Part shown: one piece after another, positions 1 through 15,206 of the stretch | Position numbering within the stretch: the first letter of the stretch is position 1 | Layout: each line of letters opens with the position of its first letter | Source: the human T2T-CHM13v2.0 reference genome, Homo sapiens | Length of the DNA stretch: 64,000 bases | Reading direction: 5' to 3' (one strand) | NCBI RefSeq assembly: GCF_009914755.1 | Contig: NC_060931.1 | Program-made: the position numbers and the translations under genes | The notes under the pieces: model-generated | Databases searched by the model: none | What the model saw: only the letters and a program-made list of their open reading frames with translations | Told to the model about the DNA's origin: nothing

Positions 1-1585
<1,585 letters not shown>

Positions 1586-3097
1586 AATATTTTTCATAAA
1601 TACCTATGGTATTTATTTTTTGTTGCTATTATTCTTTTATTTTTTCCATTGATTTCACTGGAGTTAGTGGAGGTCTACATGCAAGAGTCTATGAGTCTGT
1701 GGAAAATCCATTGTGTTTGCAGATTCTCCACTCTCATACTAGGATACCCTTGGAATTTAGCATTTTGATGACAATATTACCAAAATTGATGTTATCTTCA
1801 TGGCACATGGTATCTCTTCATCCTGAAACCTAATTTTTAAGAGCCACTACTCAAGCCCCACCTCTGAACTGAGAAATACACATGAAGTAGGTTTAGAGAT
1901 ATCTAGATATCAAGATGGATAATTCAACTAGAGAGATAGATTCTGAATCTACATTTCAGCAGATAATCCAGCCCAAGAATACATATTTCTAAGCCATCAG
2001 ATTATAAATAGTATTTAAAATATTGAGATTTAATATCACCAACAGTAAGTATAAATACAAATTAAGTCAAAAGGGACAGAGCAGCATGTGGAGACACACT
2101 TCATAAACTTTTGCTCCAAGAACTATTGTAAGAACATACTAGGAAAGCTGAGAGAATCCACAAACACTTTGATGGAAATGGATCACCACTGCAGGCTCCC
2201 AGCGATGCCAAAAAAGTGTGAGTCTGCTTGCTTCCTCAATGTGAGGCTCATGGTCTCAGGTAATTTATAAGCCTTGGTCACAAGCTGCCTGGAAATAGAC
2301 TTGGTGCTATTGCGGGGCATGGTGGGAGTGAGGCTGGCCTTTAGGACTTCAGGCTGCATGGGAACAGGTGAGGCCTGTGACTGCCAACTTTCCCCTACTT
2401 CCCTGGTGACCTGTATGACTCAGCAGAGGCAGCCATCATTCCCCTGGGAATATAACATGATTGGACTGGGATCCACAACCCAATCCCCCACAGCAGCCAC
2501 AGCAAACCCCACTGTGGAAAGGCTAAGGCTAAGGAAAGGCTAAGCTCTGCCCCCAACATGATGTCTTTCTCTACCCACCCTGGTAGCCACAGACAAAGGT
2601 CATAATCTTTTGGGAGTTCTGTGGCCCTGCCCACACCCTGAGAAACCTGAATACTTAACCAGGTGTCTCTCGGATAAGTTTGCATCCTCCCTATAGGACT
2701 GCAGCTGATGCACTCTTGAAAATGCCACCTCCTAGCTGGAGGCCAACTAACATAAAACCAGTGCACTAAACAAAAACACTAACGAGGACCCTCACAGAGT
2801 CCACTTCACTCACCTACTGCCTCCACTGGAGCAGATGCTGGTATCCACAGCTGCAAGACTTGAAGATGGATCACATCACAGGACTCTGCAGATACTCCCC
2901 AGTACCAGCCCAGAGCCCAGTAGCTCCACTGGGTGGTTAGACACAGAAAAGCACAAACAATCACTACAGTTTGGCTCTTGGAAAGTCCCTTTCCTAGGGA
3001 AAGAGGGAGAACACATCAAAGGAGCAACCTGCGGGACAAAAGAATCTGAACAGGAGGCCCTGAATCCCAAATCTTCCCTCTGACATAGTCTACCCAA

Positions 3098-4113
3098 ATG
3101 AGAAGGAACCAGAAAAACAATTCTGGTAATATAACAAAACAAGGCTCTTTAAAACCCCCAAAATACCATATCAGCTCACCAGCAATGGATCCAAGCAAGA
3201 AGAAATCTCTGAATTGTCAGAAAAAGAATTCAGAAGGTCAAATTAAGCTAATCATGGTGGCACTAGAGAAAGGTGAAGTGCAACTTTAATAAATTAAAAA
3301 CATGATACAGGATATTTTTAAAAATCAATGAAATAGAGATCACAAATAAAAAAAAATTCACAACTTCTGGAAATCAAAGACACACGTAGAGAAACACAAA
3401 ATGCACTGGAAAGTCTCAACAATAGAATCAAACAAGAAAAAGAAAGATCTTCAGACCTCGAAGATGAAGACAAGGCTTTTCAATTAACCCAATCTGTCAA
3501 ATACAAAGAAAAAAGAATTTTAAAAAATGAATAAAGCCTCAGAGAAATTTAAGACTACGGCAAACATTCAAACCTAACAATAATTGATGTTCCCAAAGGA
3601 GAATAGAAATCTAAGTTTGGAAAACGTATTAGAGGAGATAATTGAGGAAAACTTCCCTGGTTTTGCTAGAGACCTAGATGTCCAAATACAAAAGGCTCAA
3701 AGAACACCTGGGAAATTTATTGCAAAAAGATCTTTCCTAGGCACATAGTCATCATATTATCTAAAGTCAAGATGAAGAAAATAATGTAAAGAGCTGTGAG
3801 GCAAAAGCATCAGGTAACCTCTAAAAGGAAAACTTACCAGATTAACAGCAGATTTCTTAGCCAAAACCCTGCAAGCTAGAAGGAATTGGGATCCTATTTT
3901 TAGCCTCCTTAAACAAAACAATTATCAGCCAAGAATTTTGTATCCAGCAAAATGGAGCTTCAGAAATGAAGGAAAGATACAGTCTTTTCCAGACAAACAA
4001 ATCCTGAGAGAATTTGCCACTACCAAGCCAACAACACAAGAACTGCTAAAAGGAGCTATAAATCTTGAAACAAATCCTTGAAATATACCAAAATATAACC
4101 TCCTTAAAGCATA
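3098..4113 (+). pseudogene. L1 ORF1p remnant (frameshifted, premature stops)
   Basis: Starts MRRNQKNNSGNITKQGSL; later fragments read as L1 ORF1 ('IRLTADFLAKTLQARRNWDPIFSLLKQNNYQPRILYPAK'-like). Confidence 0.85.
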
Positions 4114-4176
4114 AATCTCACAGAACCTATATAACAATAACACAATGAAAAAAAAGGTATTCAGGCAACAAATAGC

Positions 4177-7100
4177 ATGACAAATAGAATAGTACCTCAC
4201 ATCTCAGTACTAACATAGAATGTAAATGCCCTAAGTGCTCGACTTAAAAGATACAGAATGGCAGAGTGGATAAGAATTCACCAACCAAATATCTGCTACC
4301 TTTAGGAGACTCACCAAACACATGAGGATGCACATAAACTAAAGATAACAGGGTGGAAAAAAATATTCAATACAAATGGACACCAAAAGCCAGCAGGAGT
4401 AGGTATTCTCATATCAGACAAAACAAACTTCAAAGCAACAGCAATTTGAAAAGACAAAGAGGGACGTTATATAATGATAAAAGCACTAGCCCAAGAGGAA
4501 ACTATCACAATTCTAAATATATATTAAGAAATGAGAAAGATGACACCACACTATTAGTGGGGGACTTTACTCCACTGAGAGTACTAGATGGGTCATAAAG
4601 ACAAAAAGTCAACAAAGAAACAATGAACTTAAATTACACCATAGGACAAATGAACTTAACAGATATTTACAGAACATTCTACCCAACAACTGCAGAATAT
4701 ACATTCTTTTCATCAGCACATGGAAGACTCTCTAAGATAAACCATATGATAGGCCACAAAACAAGTCTCAGTAACATTAAGAAAATCAAAATTATATCAA
4801 GTACTCTCTCAGACCACAGTGAAATAAAAATGAAAATCAACTCTAAAATGATCCCCCAAAACCATACAAATATATGGAAATTAAATAACCTGCTCCAGAA
4901 CGATTGTTGGGTCAACAGTGAAATCAAGAAGGAAAATAAAAAATTATTGGAACTGAATAATAGTAGTGACACAACCTATGAAAACTTCTGGGATACAGCA
5001 AAAATGCTGCTAAGAGGAAAGTTTATCGCATTAAATGTCTACATCAATAAGTCTGAAAGAGCACAAATTGACAATCTAAGGTTACACCTTACAGAACCAA
5101 AGAAACAAGAACAATCCGAACCCAAATCTAGCAGATGAAAAGAAATAATGAAGGCCAGAGCAGAACTAAATGAAATTAAAACAACAATAACAACAAAAAA
5201 TACAAAAGATAAATGAAACAAAACCTAGTTCTTTGAAAAGATAAATAAAATGATCAATTATAAATAAAATTGATAGACCATTAGTGAGATTAACCAAGAA
5301 GAGAGAAGATCCAAATAAACGCAAATAAAACTGTAGATATTACAACTGATACCACAGAAATACAAAAGATTATTCAAGGCTACTATGAAAACCTTTATGT
5401 GTATAAACTAGAAAACCTAGAGGAGATGGATAAATTTCTGGAAACATACAAACTTCCTAGATTAAACCAGGAAGACATAGAATCCCTGAACAGACCAATA
5501 ACAAGCAGGAAGATTGAAAAGGTAATAAAAAATTGCCAACAAAAAAAGTCCAGGACCAGATGGAATGACAGCTGAATTCTCTCAGATGTTCAAAGAAGAA
5601 TTGGTACCAATTCTATTGACACTATTCCACAAGATAGGGAAAGAGGGAATCCCCCCTAAACCATTCTATGAAGCCAGTATCGCCTTCATGCTAAAAACAG
5701 GGACGGACATAAGAAAAAAAGAAAACTACAGACCAATATTGCTAATGAATATAGATGCAAAAATCCTGACCAAAATACTAGCAAATCGAATCCAACAGCA
5801 TATCAAAAAGATAATACACCATGATCAAGTGGGTTTCATACCAGGGATACAGGGATAGTTTAACATATGTAAGTCAATAAATATGACACACCACATAAAC
5901 ATAATTAAAAGCAGAAAACACATGATCTTCTCAATAGATGCAGAAAAAACGTTTGACAAAATCCAGCATCGCTTTATTATTAAAACCCTCAGCAAAATCG
6001 GCATAGAAGGGGCATACCTTAAGGTAATAAAAGCCGTCTATGACAAACACTCAGCCAACATTATACTGATTGGGGAAAAGTTGAAAGCATTCCCCATGAG
6101 AACTGGAACAAGACAAGGACGCCTACCTTCACCACTTCTATTCAACATAGTATTGGAAGCCCTACCCAGAGCAATCAGACAAGAGAAAGAAATAAAGGCA
6201 TTCAAATTGGTAAAGAGGAAGTCAAACTGTCACTATTTGCTGATGATATGATTGTATACCTAGAAAACCCTAAAAACTCATCCAAAAAGCTATTAGATCT
6301 GACAAATGAATTCAGTAACATTTCAAAATACAAAAATCAGTGTACACAAATCAGTAGCACTGCTAAGCACCAACAATGACCAAGCTTAGAATCAAATCAA
6401 AAACTCAATCCATTTTACAACAGCTGCATAAAACAATCCTAAAATTAATAAGCAATAAAAAAGAGCTTACGTAGTGAAAGCAAGACAGAGCAAAAAAGAA
6501 CAAATCTAGAAGCATCACATTACCCAGCTTGAAACTATACTATAAGGCCATAGTCACCAAAACAGCATGGTGCTGCTGTAAAAATAGGCACAAAGACCAA
6601 TGGAACAGAATAGAAAACCCAGAAATAAAGCCAAATACTTATAGCCACTGATCTTCAACAAAGCAAACAAAAACTTAAAGTGGGGAAAGGACATTGTATT
6701 TAACAAATGGTGTTGGGATAATTGGCAAGCCACATGTAGAAGAATGCAACTAGATCCTCATCTCTCACCTTATACAAAAATCAACCCTAGATAGATCAAG
6801 AACTGAAATATAAGACCTGAAACCATAAAGATTCTAGAAGATAACATCATAAAAACCCTTCTAGACATCGGCTTAGTCAAAGACTTCATGACCAAGAACC
6901 CAAAAGCAAATGCAACAAAAACAAAGATAAATAGATGGAACTTAATTACACTAAAAAGCTTCTGCACAGCAAATGAAATAATCAGAAGAGTAATCAGACA
7001 ACCCAGAGTGGGAGAAAATCTTCACAATTTATACATCTGACAAAGGATTAGTATCCAGCATCTATGAAGAACACTAACAACTCACAAGAAAAAAACAATC

Positions 7101-7640
7101 CCATTAAAAAGTGGGCTAAGGACATGAATAGACAATTCTCAAAAGAAGAAATACAAATGGCCAACAAGAATATGGAAAAATGCTAAATATCACTAATTAT
7201 CAGAAAAATGAAAATTAAAACAGCAATGCTATACCACCTCATTCCTGCAAGAATGACCATAATCAAAAAAAATAAAAAAAATAGATGTTGGTGTGGATTA
7301 TGCAGTGAAAAGGGAACACTTCTACGCTGTTGATGGGAATGCAAGCTAGAACAACCACTATGGCAAATAGTGTGAAGATTCCTTAAAGAACTAAAAGTGG
7401 ACCTACCATTTGTCCAGCAATCCCACTTCTAGGTATCTATCCAGAAGAAAGTCATTATAAGAATAAGATACTTGCACACACATGTTTACAGCAGCACAAT
7501 TTGCAATTGCAAGCCTAAATGCCCATGAATCAACACATGCATAAATGACTATATATATATATATAAAATATATATTTTATAGATATATACACATAAATAC
7601 ACACATACCATGGAACACTTCTCAGCCATAAAAAGGAATG
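4177..7640 (+). pseudogene. L1 ORF2p (endonuclease/reverse transcriptase) remnant, disrupted and with internal deletions
   Basis: ORF-track peptides '[23 protein letters not shown]', '[18 protein letters not shown]...[10 protein letters not shown]', '[13 protein letters not shown]...[17 protein letters not shown]'; FADD motif 'tttgctgatgatatg' at ~6236-6250; apparent deletions near 4525 and 6430. Confidence 0.9.
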
Positions 7641-8049
7641 AAATGATGGTTTGCAGCATCCTGGATAGAACTGGAAACTATTATTCTAAGTGAAACAACT
7701 CAGGAATGAAAAACCGAACATCATATGTTCTCACTTACATGTGGGAGCTAAGCTATGAGGATGCAAAGACATAACAATGATACATTGGGCTTTGACGACT
7801 TTGTGGAAAGGGAGGGGGTAGCAAGAGATAAAAGAATACACATTGGGTACAGTGTATACTGCTCAGGTGATGGGTGCATCAAAATGTCAGAAATCATCAC
7901 TAAAGATATTATTCATGTAAACAAACACCACCTGTTCCCCCAAAACCTACTGAAGTTAACAAATAAAAAAAAATAAAATTTTAAAAAGAATGGCAATCAA
8001 AAAAAGAAATTAAATCAAAAGATTGAAGCCAGGGAGTAAGTTATTAATC

Positions 8050-8800
8050 ATATTGTGTTTTCATTGTAGATTACAAGTAGTTTTCTTCTTTTTCCCTTTA
8101 AGATTTTCTCTTTATCTTTGGCTTTTATTATTTTTACTATAATGTGTCCGTGTGTAGATCTCTTTGTATTTATCCCAACTGGAGTTTGTTGAGCTTCTTA
8201 GATGTGCAGATAATTGTTTTTCAATATATTTGGGGAAGTTTCTGCCATTCGGCCATTTTTTTTGGATATTTTTCTATTATTTTCTTTCTCTCTTCTTCCA
8301 TTACATGTATGTTGGTGCACTTAGTGATGTCCCACAATTCTTTGAATCTGTGCTTATTTTGTCATTCATTTTTCTCTCTGCTCTTCAGATTACACAACCT
8401 CTACCTATCTTCAATCTCACTGATTTTCCCTTTTGCTATTTCAAATCTACTCTTGAACCCCACTAGTAAATTTTCTGTTTCAATTATTCTATTTTTTAAT
8501 TTCAGAATTTCCACGATTCTTTTTAATAATTTCAACCTCTTGACTAATTTTCTTTTTAATGAGACATTGTCATTATATTTTCCTTTACTTCTTTAAGCAT
8601 ATTTTATTTTGGTTCTCAAGCATAAAATATTAGAATAGTTGCTTTGAATTATCTGCCTGCAAATACAACATCTGTATTATTTTGCAAACATTTTTTATTA
8701 TTCTCTTTTTTCTGTACATAGATCACTTTTCTGCTTCTTTGCATGTGTTATAAATTTCATTGAAAAATTATACATTTTAGATAATATATTTTAGCCACTC
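8050..8800 (-). mobile_element. Old L1M fragment (ORF1 region), antisense
   Basis: Antisense L1 ORF1-region motifs 'tttaagattttctctttatctttgg', 'ttgagcttcttagatgtgcagat', 'atttggggaagtttctgccatt'. Confidence 0.65.
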
Positions 8801-9231
8801 TGAATATTGACCTGTACCCACCCTCAGACTTGTTGTTATCATTGGTCTTGTGTATTGATTTACCTTAACTACTTTAGTCAATTCTGTAATCTACCTTTCT
8901 CACAGTATGAATTCTTTGATGTCATTCCCCAGAGTACAAATCCTTATGTATGCATGCAGTTATACTGGGAAGATAGTAGTTTTAGCAAGGCTCTCTTTAA
9001 CTGTCCCTTTCTATTATATCTCTATTAAACTATCTGCCTCTGTTTTAATCACACTCCATTGTCAGGCTTCACTGATTGTCACTGTTTGCTTTATTGTGTT
9101 GACAATGCCCTGGGATATACATTGCTCCACAGTTTGATTTAATTAAATATGGGTTCCATGGCAGGAGTCATTTTTGAGGCCAAATTTGAGGTTTATTCTG
9201 ACTCCAAAAGGATCTTTTTTAGCTATTAGTT

Positions 9232-11658
9232 TAATATGGTTTGGATATTTGTCTCTGCCCAGATATTATGTTGAAATGTTACTCCCAATGTTGAATGCAG
9301 GACCTGATGGGAGGTGTTTGGATTATGGGGGCAGTGGCCTCATGAATAGCTTGGGCCATCGCCTTGGTGATAAGTGGGTTCTCGTTCTGAGTTCACATAA
9401 GATCTGGTCATTTAAAAATGTGTGGCACCCCTGCCTCCTTGTTTCTGCTTTTGCCATGTGATGTAGCCTGCTCCCACTTCACTTTCTATTATGATCATAA
9501 GCCTCTTGAAGCCTCCTAAGAAGCAGATGTCACTATGCTTCCTTTACAGCCTACAGAACTGTGAGCCAATTAAATCTTTCTTCTTTATAAATTACTCAGT
9601 CTCAGTCATTTCATTATATCAATGCAGGAACAGAAAATTTATGCTGTATGTGGGGTATTGCTATAAAGATACTTGATGCTGTGAAAGAGATTTTGACATT
9701 GGGTAACAGGTTGGAAGAGTTTGCAGGGCTCTGAGGAAGGCAGAAGATGAGGGAAAATTTTGAACTTTTTAGAATCTGGTTAAATGGTTGTATCAAAATT
9801 CTGATAGTGATGTGGGCAGTGAATTCCAGGCTGCCAAGGTCTTAAAAGGAAATGAAGAACCTGTTGAGAACTAGAGCAAAGGTCATGCATATTATACCTT
9901 AGTAAATAACTTGGCTGCATTCTGTTTATGCCCTAAGAGTCTGTGGAAGTTTGAGCTTGAGAGTGATGACCTAGGGTATCTGGTGGAAGACATTTCTAAA
10001 CATCAAAGTGTTCAATATGTTGAATGGCTGCTTCTAACAGCATATGCTCATACACGTGGGCAAAGAAATGATCTAAAGTTGGAACTTATATTTAAAAGGG
10101 AAGCAGACCATAAAAGTTTGGAAATTTCACACTTTGGCCATGTGGCAGAGAGACAAAAAGCTTTTTTGGGTGAGGAATTCAAGCAGGCTGTGGAGCAACC
10201 ACTTGCTGGAGAGATTTGCTTAACCAAAAGAGAGCTAAGTGCTAACAGCTCAGCTAATTTGAAAATAGCCTCAAGGGCATATCAGGGACCTTTGTGGCAA
10301 ACTCTCACCATAGGCCCAGAGGCATGGGAGGAAAGAATGGCTTTGTGGGCCAGGCCTCAGGGCTCCACTGCCTTGCACAGCCTCAGGACACTGCTTCCCA
10401 CACCCTGCCACTCTAGCTCCAACAGGTACTCAAAGGAGCCCAGGTACAGCTAGAGCTGCCACTCTGGAGAATGGAAGCCATAATCTTCGACAACTTCCAT
10501 GTAATATTGAGCTTGTGGGTACAAAGATTGCAGGAGTGAAGGAGGCTTGGCCTCTGCCTAGATTTTACAGGATGTATAAGAAAGGTTGCATGCCCATGCT
10601 GAAGCTTGATGCAGGGGTGGAGTCCTCACAGAAAGCTTCTACTAGAGGAGAAATGTAGGGTTGGAGGCCCTACACCTGGGCACGCTTAGTGGGGCTGTGG
10701 AAAGGAGGCCACCATCCTCCAGACCCCAGAGTGGTAGATTTATCAGCAGTTTGCACCCTGTGTCTGGAAATGCCACAGGCATTCAACTTCGACATGTGAC
10801 AGAAGCTGTGGGAGACAAAACTACAAAACCACAGGGGCAGAGCTGCCGAAGGCCTTGAAAGCCCACTCTTTTTGCACTAGTATGTCCTGAAAGCATGACA
10901 TGGACACAAATGAGACTACTATGGGGCTTTAACATTTAATGACTGCCCTGCTGGGCTTTAAACTTGCATGGAGGCTGTAGCCCCTTTCTTCTGGCCAATT
11001 TGTCCTTTTTAGAACAGGAATGTTTACCCAATACCTATACCCCAATTGTATCTTGGAAGTAAATAACTTGTTTTGATTTCATAGGCTTATAGATAAAAGA
11101 AACTCACCTCCAGATGAGACTATGGACTTGGGACTTTGGAGTTAACCTGGAATGTGTTATGACTTTGGGGGACTGTTGGGAAAGTATGGTTGTATTTTGC
11201 AATGTGAGAAGTACATGAGATTTGGGAGGGGCTAAGTGTGGATTATATCATTTGGATATTTGTCTTCACCCAATTCTCATGTTGATATGTAAATCCCCAA
11301 TGTTGAAAGAAAAGACTACAGGGAAGTTTTTGGATCGTAGGGGCAGATCCTTCATAAATGGCTTGGACCACCCCTTTGGTAATAAGTGAGCTGTTGCTCT
11401 GAGTTCCCACAATACTAGGTTGTTTAAAAATGTGTGACACTTCCCTTGCATCCCTGTGCTCCACTTTCACCATGTGACGTGCCTGATCTTACTTTGCCTT
11501 TGGCCATGCTTGTAAGCCTTCTGAGGTCTCCCTAGAAGTATATGATGTTATGTTTGTTGTACAGCCTGCAGAACTGTGAGCCAATTAAACCTCTTTTTTA
11601 AAACAAATTACTCAGTCTCAAGTATTTCTTTATAGCAATGTAAGATCATCATAATACA
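9232..11658 (+). mobile_element. MST (MSTB-like) MaLR provirus: 5' LTR ~9232-9630, internal region, 3' LTR ~11243-11658
   Basis: Two ~410-bp direct repeats sharing 'ttggatatttgtct' and 'gaactgtgagccaattaaa.ct.tt.ttt...aaattactcagtctca'; MaLR internal sequence between them ('ggggtattgctataaagatac', 'gagagtgatgacctagggtatctggtggaaga'). Confidence 0.9.
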
Positions 11659-14600
11659 CTAATCTACTGGTTTTCTCTACTAAACCAGTCAACTGATTTA
11701 TTTTTCTGCTCTCATGGAGTCAACTAGTCACATTTTAATTGCTTATGATAGAAATCTTCATTGGTTTTTAGTATTGCACTGCCTCATATTTTATCCCAAA
11801 TAAAGTTAGTGTCTTTGGAAAGAATGTCAGAGCTCTATGTTCTTAGGCTTGCTTTCACCTTTGGGCAAAATCTCTTAGTCACTATTCCAGAGGTGGGACA
11901 TTGACCTGCTTCTTTCAGGGTGACACACTTGCTTTAGGAACATGGAGCTAGATAGGAATGGTAGCCTCTGGTATTCTCAGCTTGCCTGTCCCAGTTGGCA
12001 TAAAGGCAGTCAGGACCCCATTCATATGTAGACTTTAAACAAACTATTTTTGTTGCTGTTGTTCACTCTTGAACTTGATCCCACTTGTTACCTTTGTAGC
12101 TTTATAGGTAAATCATCTCTTTTCCGAGTATTGGGTTGTAACTTCAACATACTAATTAGAGAGATGGCACATTTCTACCAATACTTCATCTTACAAATAT
12201 AATTGGAAATTTTCATTTGTTATTTTTTTTTAATTTACAAATATTGTATTGGGGTCTCTGGAAGAAGAGAAGATTGCCACCATGTTTAGCTAGAAATACA
12301 GTTATGTGTGTTATTTAAAAATATGAGCTGGGAATAGTGACAAAATTGAAAAAAAAAACTTGAATCACTGTGAGTTACTAAATATACAAGGCCCTAACAA
12401 TACCGAGCAATTATGATGCCTTGAAATTTTTCTTGTGTAGACAATTAAAAAATAAGTATCAGTTACAATGGGATAAACTTGTTTTTATTCACTGATATAA
12501 ATATAAATTTATTACCCTCAAAGATATGGCTGAATCTACTGATTACATTCACATAAGACAAAGAGTAGATAATTAGCAAGTTTTTGTATCTGGCCATTTC
12601 TATTGTTTGGATAAAATGAGATACCAGTGAGATAATTATGGTCTAAAATTGAAAAGCAGATAATTTCAGAAATGATTCCAGTGCCATTAAAGGCTTTTAT
12701 GAGCCATCAGGAATATATTTGATATAAATGTCTTGCTGTTTTCCAGTAATAAACCCACTTTCACCCATCTTTTAATATGTATATAAACATGACTGAAATC
12801 AGTCCTTATTTGCTTCCCATTTCTATTTGTTATTTAATGCTTCCTTGGAAGCAGGGAGCCTAAAGAGTTTTTCATTTTGTTTTGTCTTTTTATTGTTACA
12901 CAAATTATCTTTGCATTGCCTGACCCTTCTAGAAACAAAGCATTGCCAATGTATTTCTCTTAAGGAGAAAACATCAACCTGGCAGGATCATTTTGTATGT
13001 CACAACAATTCATTACTGGCAGTGATCATAATATAGGTGGAGGCTAAGACCTTCTTAGGGTATGTGTGGGTATGTTTGTGTAATGTGATAGAGATATTGA
13101 AAAGCACTAGGTAATTTCAGTTATTTCTTTTTCTCCCTTTCTCCAACCACATAAGATTTTTAATGATGGGTATGGTTATATGTATAATCATGGAAACAAA
13201 ATGAACCAAAATAAACACGTATGATAGTACATGGGTCTTCTGAATGATTTCTATCAGACTGAAGAGTGGTATATCTTGTCTCTTGTTGCATTGTACCTGT
13301 GTTTATCTTAATTATAAAAGAGATAAGAGATTCTCTCTACTCCCTCCCTCCTAACCTTGTTTCTTACTGTTGTTGTTACCTCACTGGGGGCTCAAAACTG
13401 TGGAACTACGGAGAAATTAAGAGATAGGACAATTTTTATGTGAATGATTACTTTCATGCTCCCAGAACATGCAGATATTTTAAAAAGCCCCTCTGCAAGT
13501 TCTCGGCTGGTAGGACAAGTCAACCATCACGAGATGTTTCTGTGCTCTTGGAAAGTTTCTTGCTGGGTTTGTTTTTCTTCAACAATTCCTTTGACCCAGT
13601 CAGAAACATGTCTACCTTGGGGGGTCTTTTGAAGTTCTTGCCACAGCTCCAGCTCCTGGGCATTGAGAGCTCTACTTTCAGACTCTTCTGCTGAGTTTTC
13701 ATTGTTTCCTTTCCTCCTGCACCATCAAGACCATAACCCTATTGAACAGAGCATGTGACGACCAACCCTACATGCATTAGTGAGGCCTTTTTTTAGAGAA
13801 ATAACCTTCTCCAAATAAATTTTTTCACAAATCACTCTTCTTTCTCTTAGTCACTGATTCCTTCTTATATCTGTTTTGTTATTCTTTGGTCAATGAGGCA
13901 TGAGAGAAGCTCTGGAAAACTTTGTAACTTTTCACATAGAAGGAAGATATTCACCTCACATTAACCTTGCTTTTACACCATATATACTATTGAAAATGTA
14001 TTCAAAAGTGATAACAAAAATATCCCATTTTAACCATGTGTTCAATTTACAATAAGTGCCAATTATGGAATAATCATAATGCTTTGGGATAATAGAAGAT
14101 CAACAATTTAATTTTCTGGAAGGTAGATCACAGGTTTTAAAAGTCTCAGGAAATTTCAAAAAATAATTTATTGTCATCTTTAAATCATATATTATTGGAG
14201 GTTAATATATTAATTAACCTAATTAATATATTAATTAATTAATTAAAGAATATTAATACTAATTAACAGAATTCTTCCCTGTTTTTGGACATTCATACCT
14301 ATTGGTGCTAGTGTAACTGTGACCTAAATTAACTTTTAAGATATATCATGATTGACTAACAGTCTAGCCACATTGTCTATAACTATTCTTTAGAGTTTTT
14401 TATGTATGAAATTAATCCTAAAATAGATTAGACAAAGAGATTATGAAATCATGTATATAATAGTTTAATTTACTGTTTAAGGATGATTGATATAATAAAA
14501 AATTCACAGTCCAGGTTAATTTTTCCAGGAAGACTCCTTATAGACCGTTCTTTATAGACAGCTGCCATGAGCTCAGCTATCCTTACCTTGATCTACACTA

Positions 14601-14896
14601 GTGACTTTGCTATCTTTCATAAATATAATTAGCTTTTTATTGGTAAAATTAATTACTTATTAGCTAGTGTATGTTTGAAACTGGCTGTCTTAGAAAATGC
14701 TGGAAATATTAAATATGTGGTGACTGACTAAAATATCTTTCAGACACCCTCCCTTTCCCCCCAGCATTAATGGTCATTCAAATCTGATTAGACTTGCATG
14801 TGTCCAATATACTTGATTATCAGTTTCTGGGTCTTTGTTAAAGAATATAGTACAAAGGATTTTGGTTTCCAAAACCTGCCCCTAAGAATATGAATG

Positions 14897-15206
14897 TAAC
14901 CATATTTGCCCTAAGTAATCTCTCAGCGAAAGTGTTTTGAAAACACCCAAAGCCATGACTCCCTAAGCCCTCAGAATAGGTTGTCTGAGTGTTTGATTCC
15001 TGCTTGCTAATAATTTTATGTGCAGCAGAATTAGATCAAAGAGGTCACTTATATGCTGACACTTTCAAGTTTTTAGAAACTACCTTGCTATCACCTATCT
15101 CCAGCTATTGGAGATTTACCAAAAGGGTAGTTCAAAATAGCAATGGAGGGTAAAAGATAAAGGGGCTGTGGAAAGAGTATCAGAAAAGGCTCACAAAGGA
15201 GATGGT
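14897..15206. repeat. Arm A of a ~310 bp inverted duplication (partner 16144-16452)
   Basis: Its reverse complement aligns collinearly to 16144-16452, with about 35 differences counted by eye. Confidence 0.95.

Larger units (their letters stand above)
2074..8006 (+). mobile_element. Near full-length LINE-1, L1PB1-type, inactive
   Basis: L1PBa-like 5'UTR, decayed ORF1 (~3098-4110) and ORF2 (~4177 onward), L1PB-type 3' end 'ctaagctatgaggatgcaaag...caccacctgttcccccaaaacc', A-tail. 15-bp TSD aaattaagtcaaaag (2059-2073) / aaattaaatcaaaag (8007-8021). Flanks look like a split L2. Confidence 0.92.

Noticed and set aside
7549-7590. 20-bp AT palindrome tataaaatatatattttata
   Set aside because: Lies in the (TA)n-prone site of the L1 3' region; ordinary microsatellite decay.
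2074-8006. Active LINE-1
   Set aside because: ORF1 and ORF2 have many stops, frameshifts and internal deletions; old subfamily.
8144-8596. Hydrophobic 150-aa 'membrane protein' ORF
   Set aside because: T-rich antisense L1 sequence gives F/L/I/S-rich translations.
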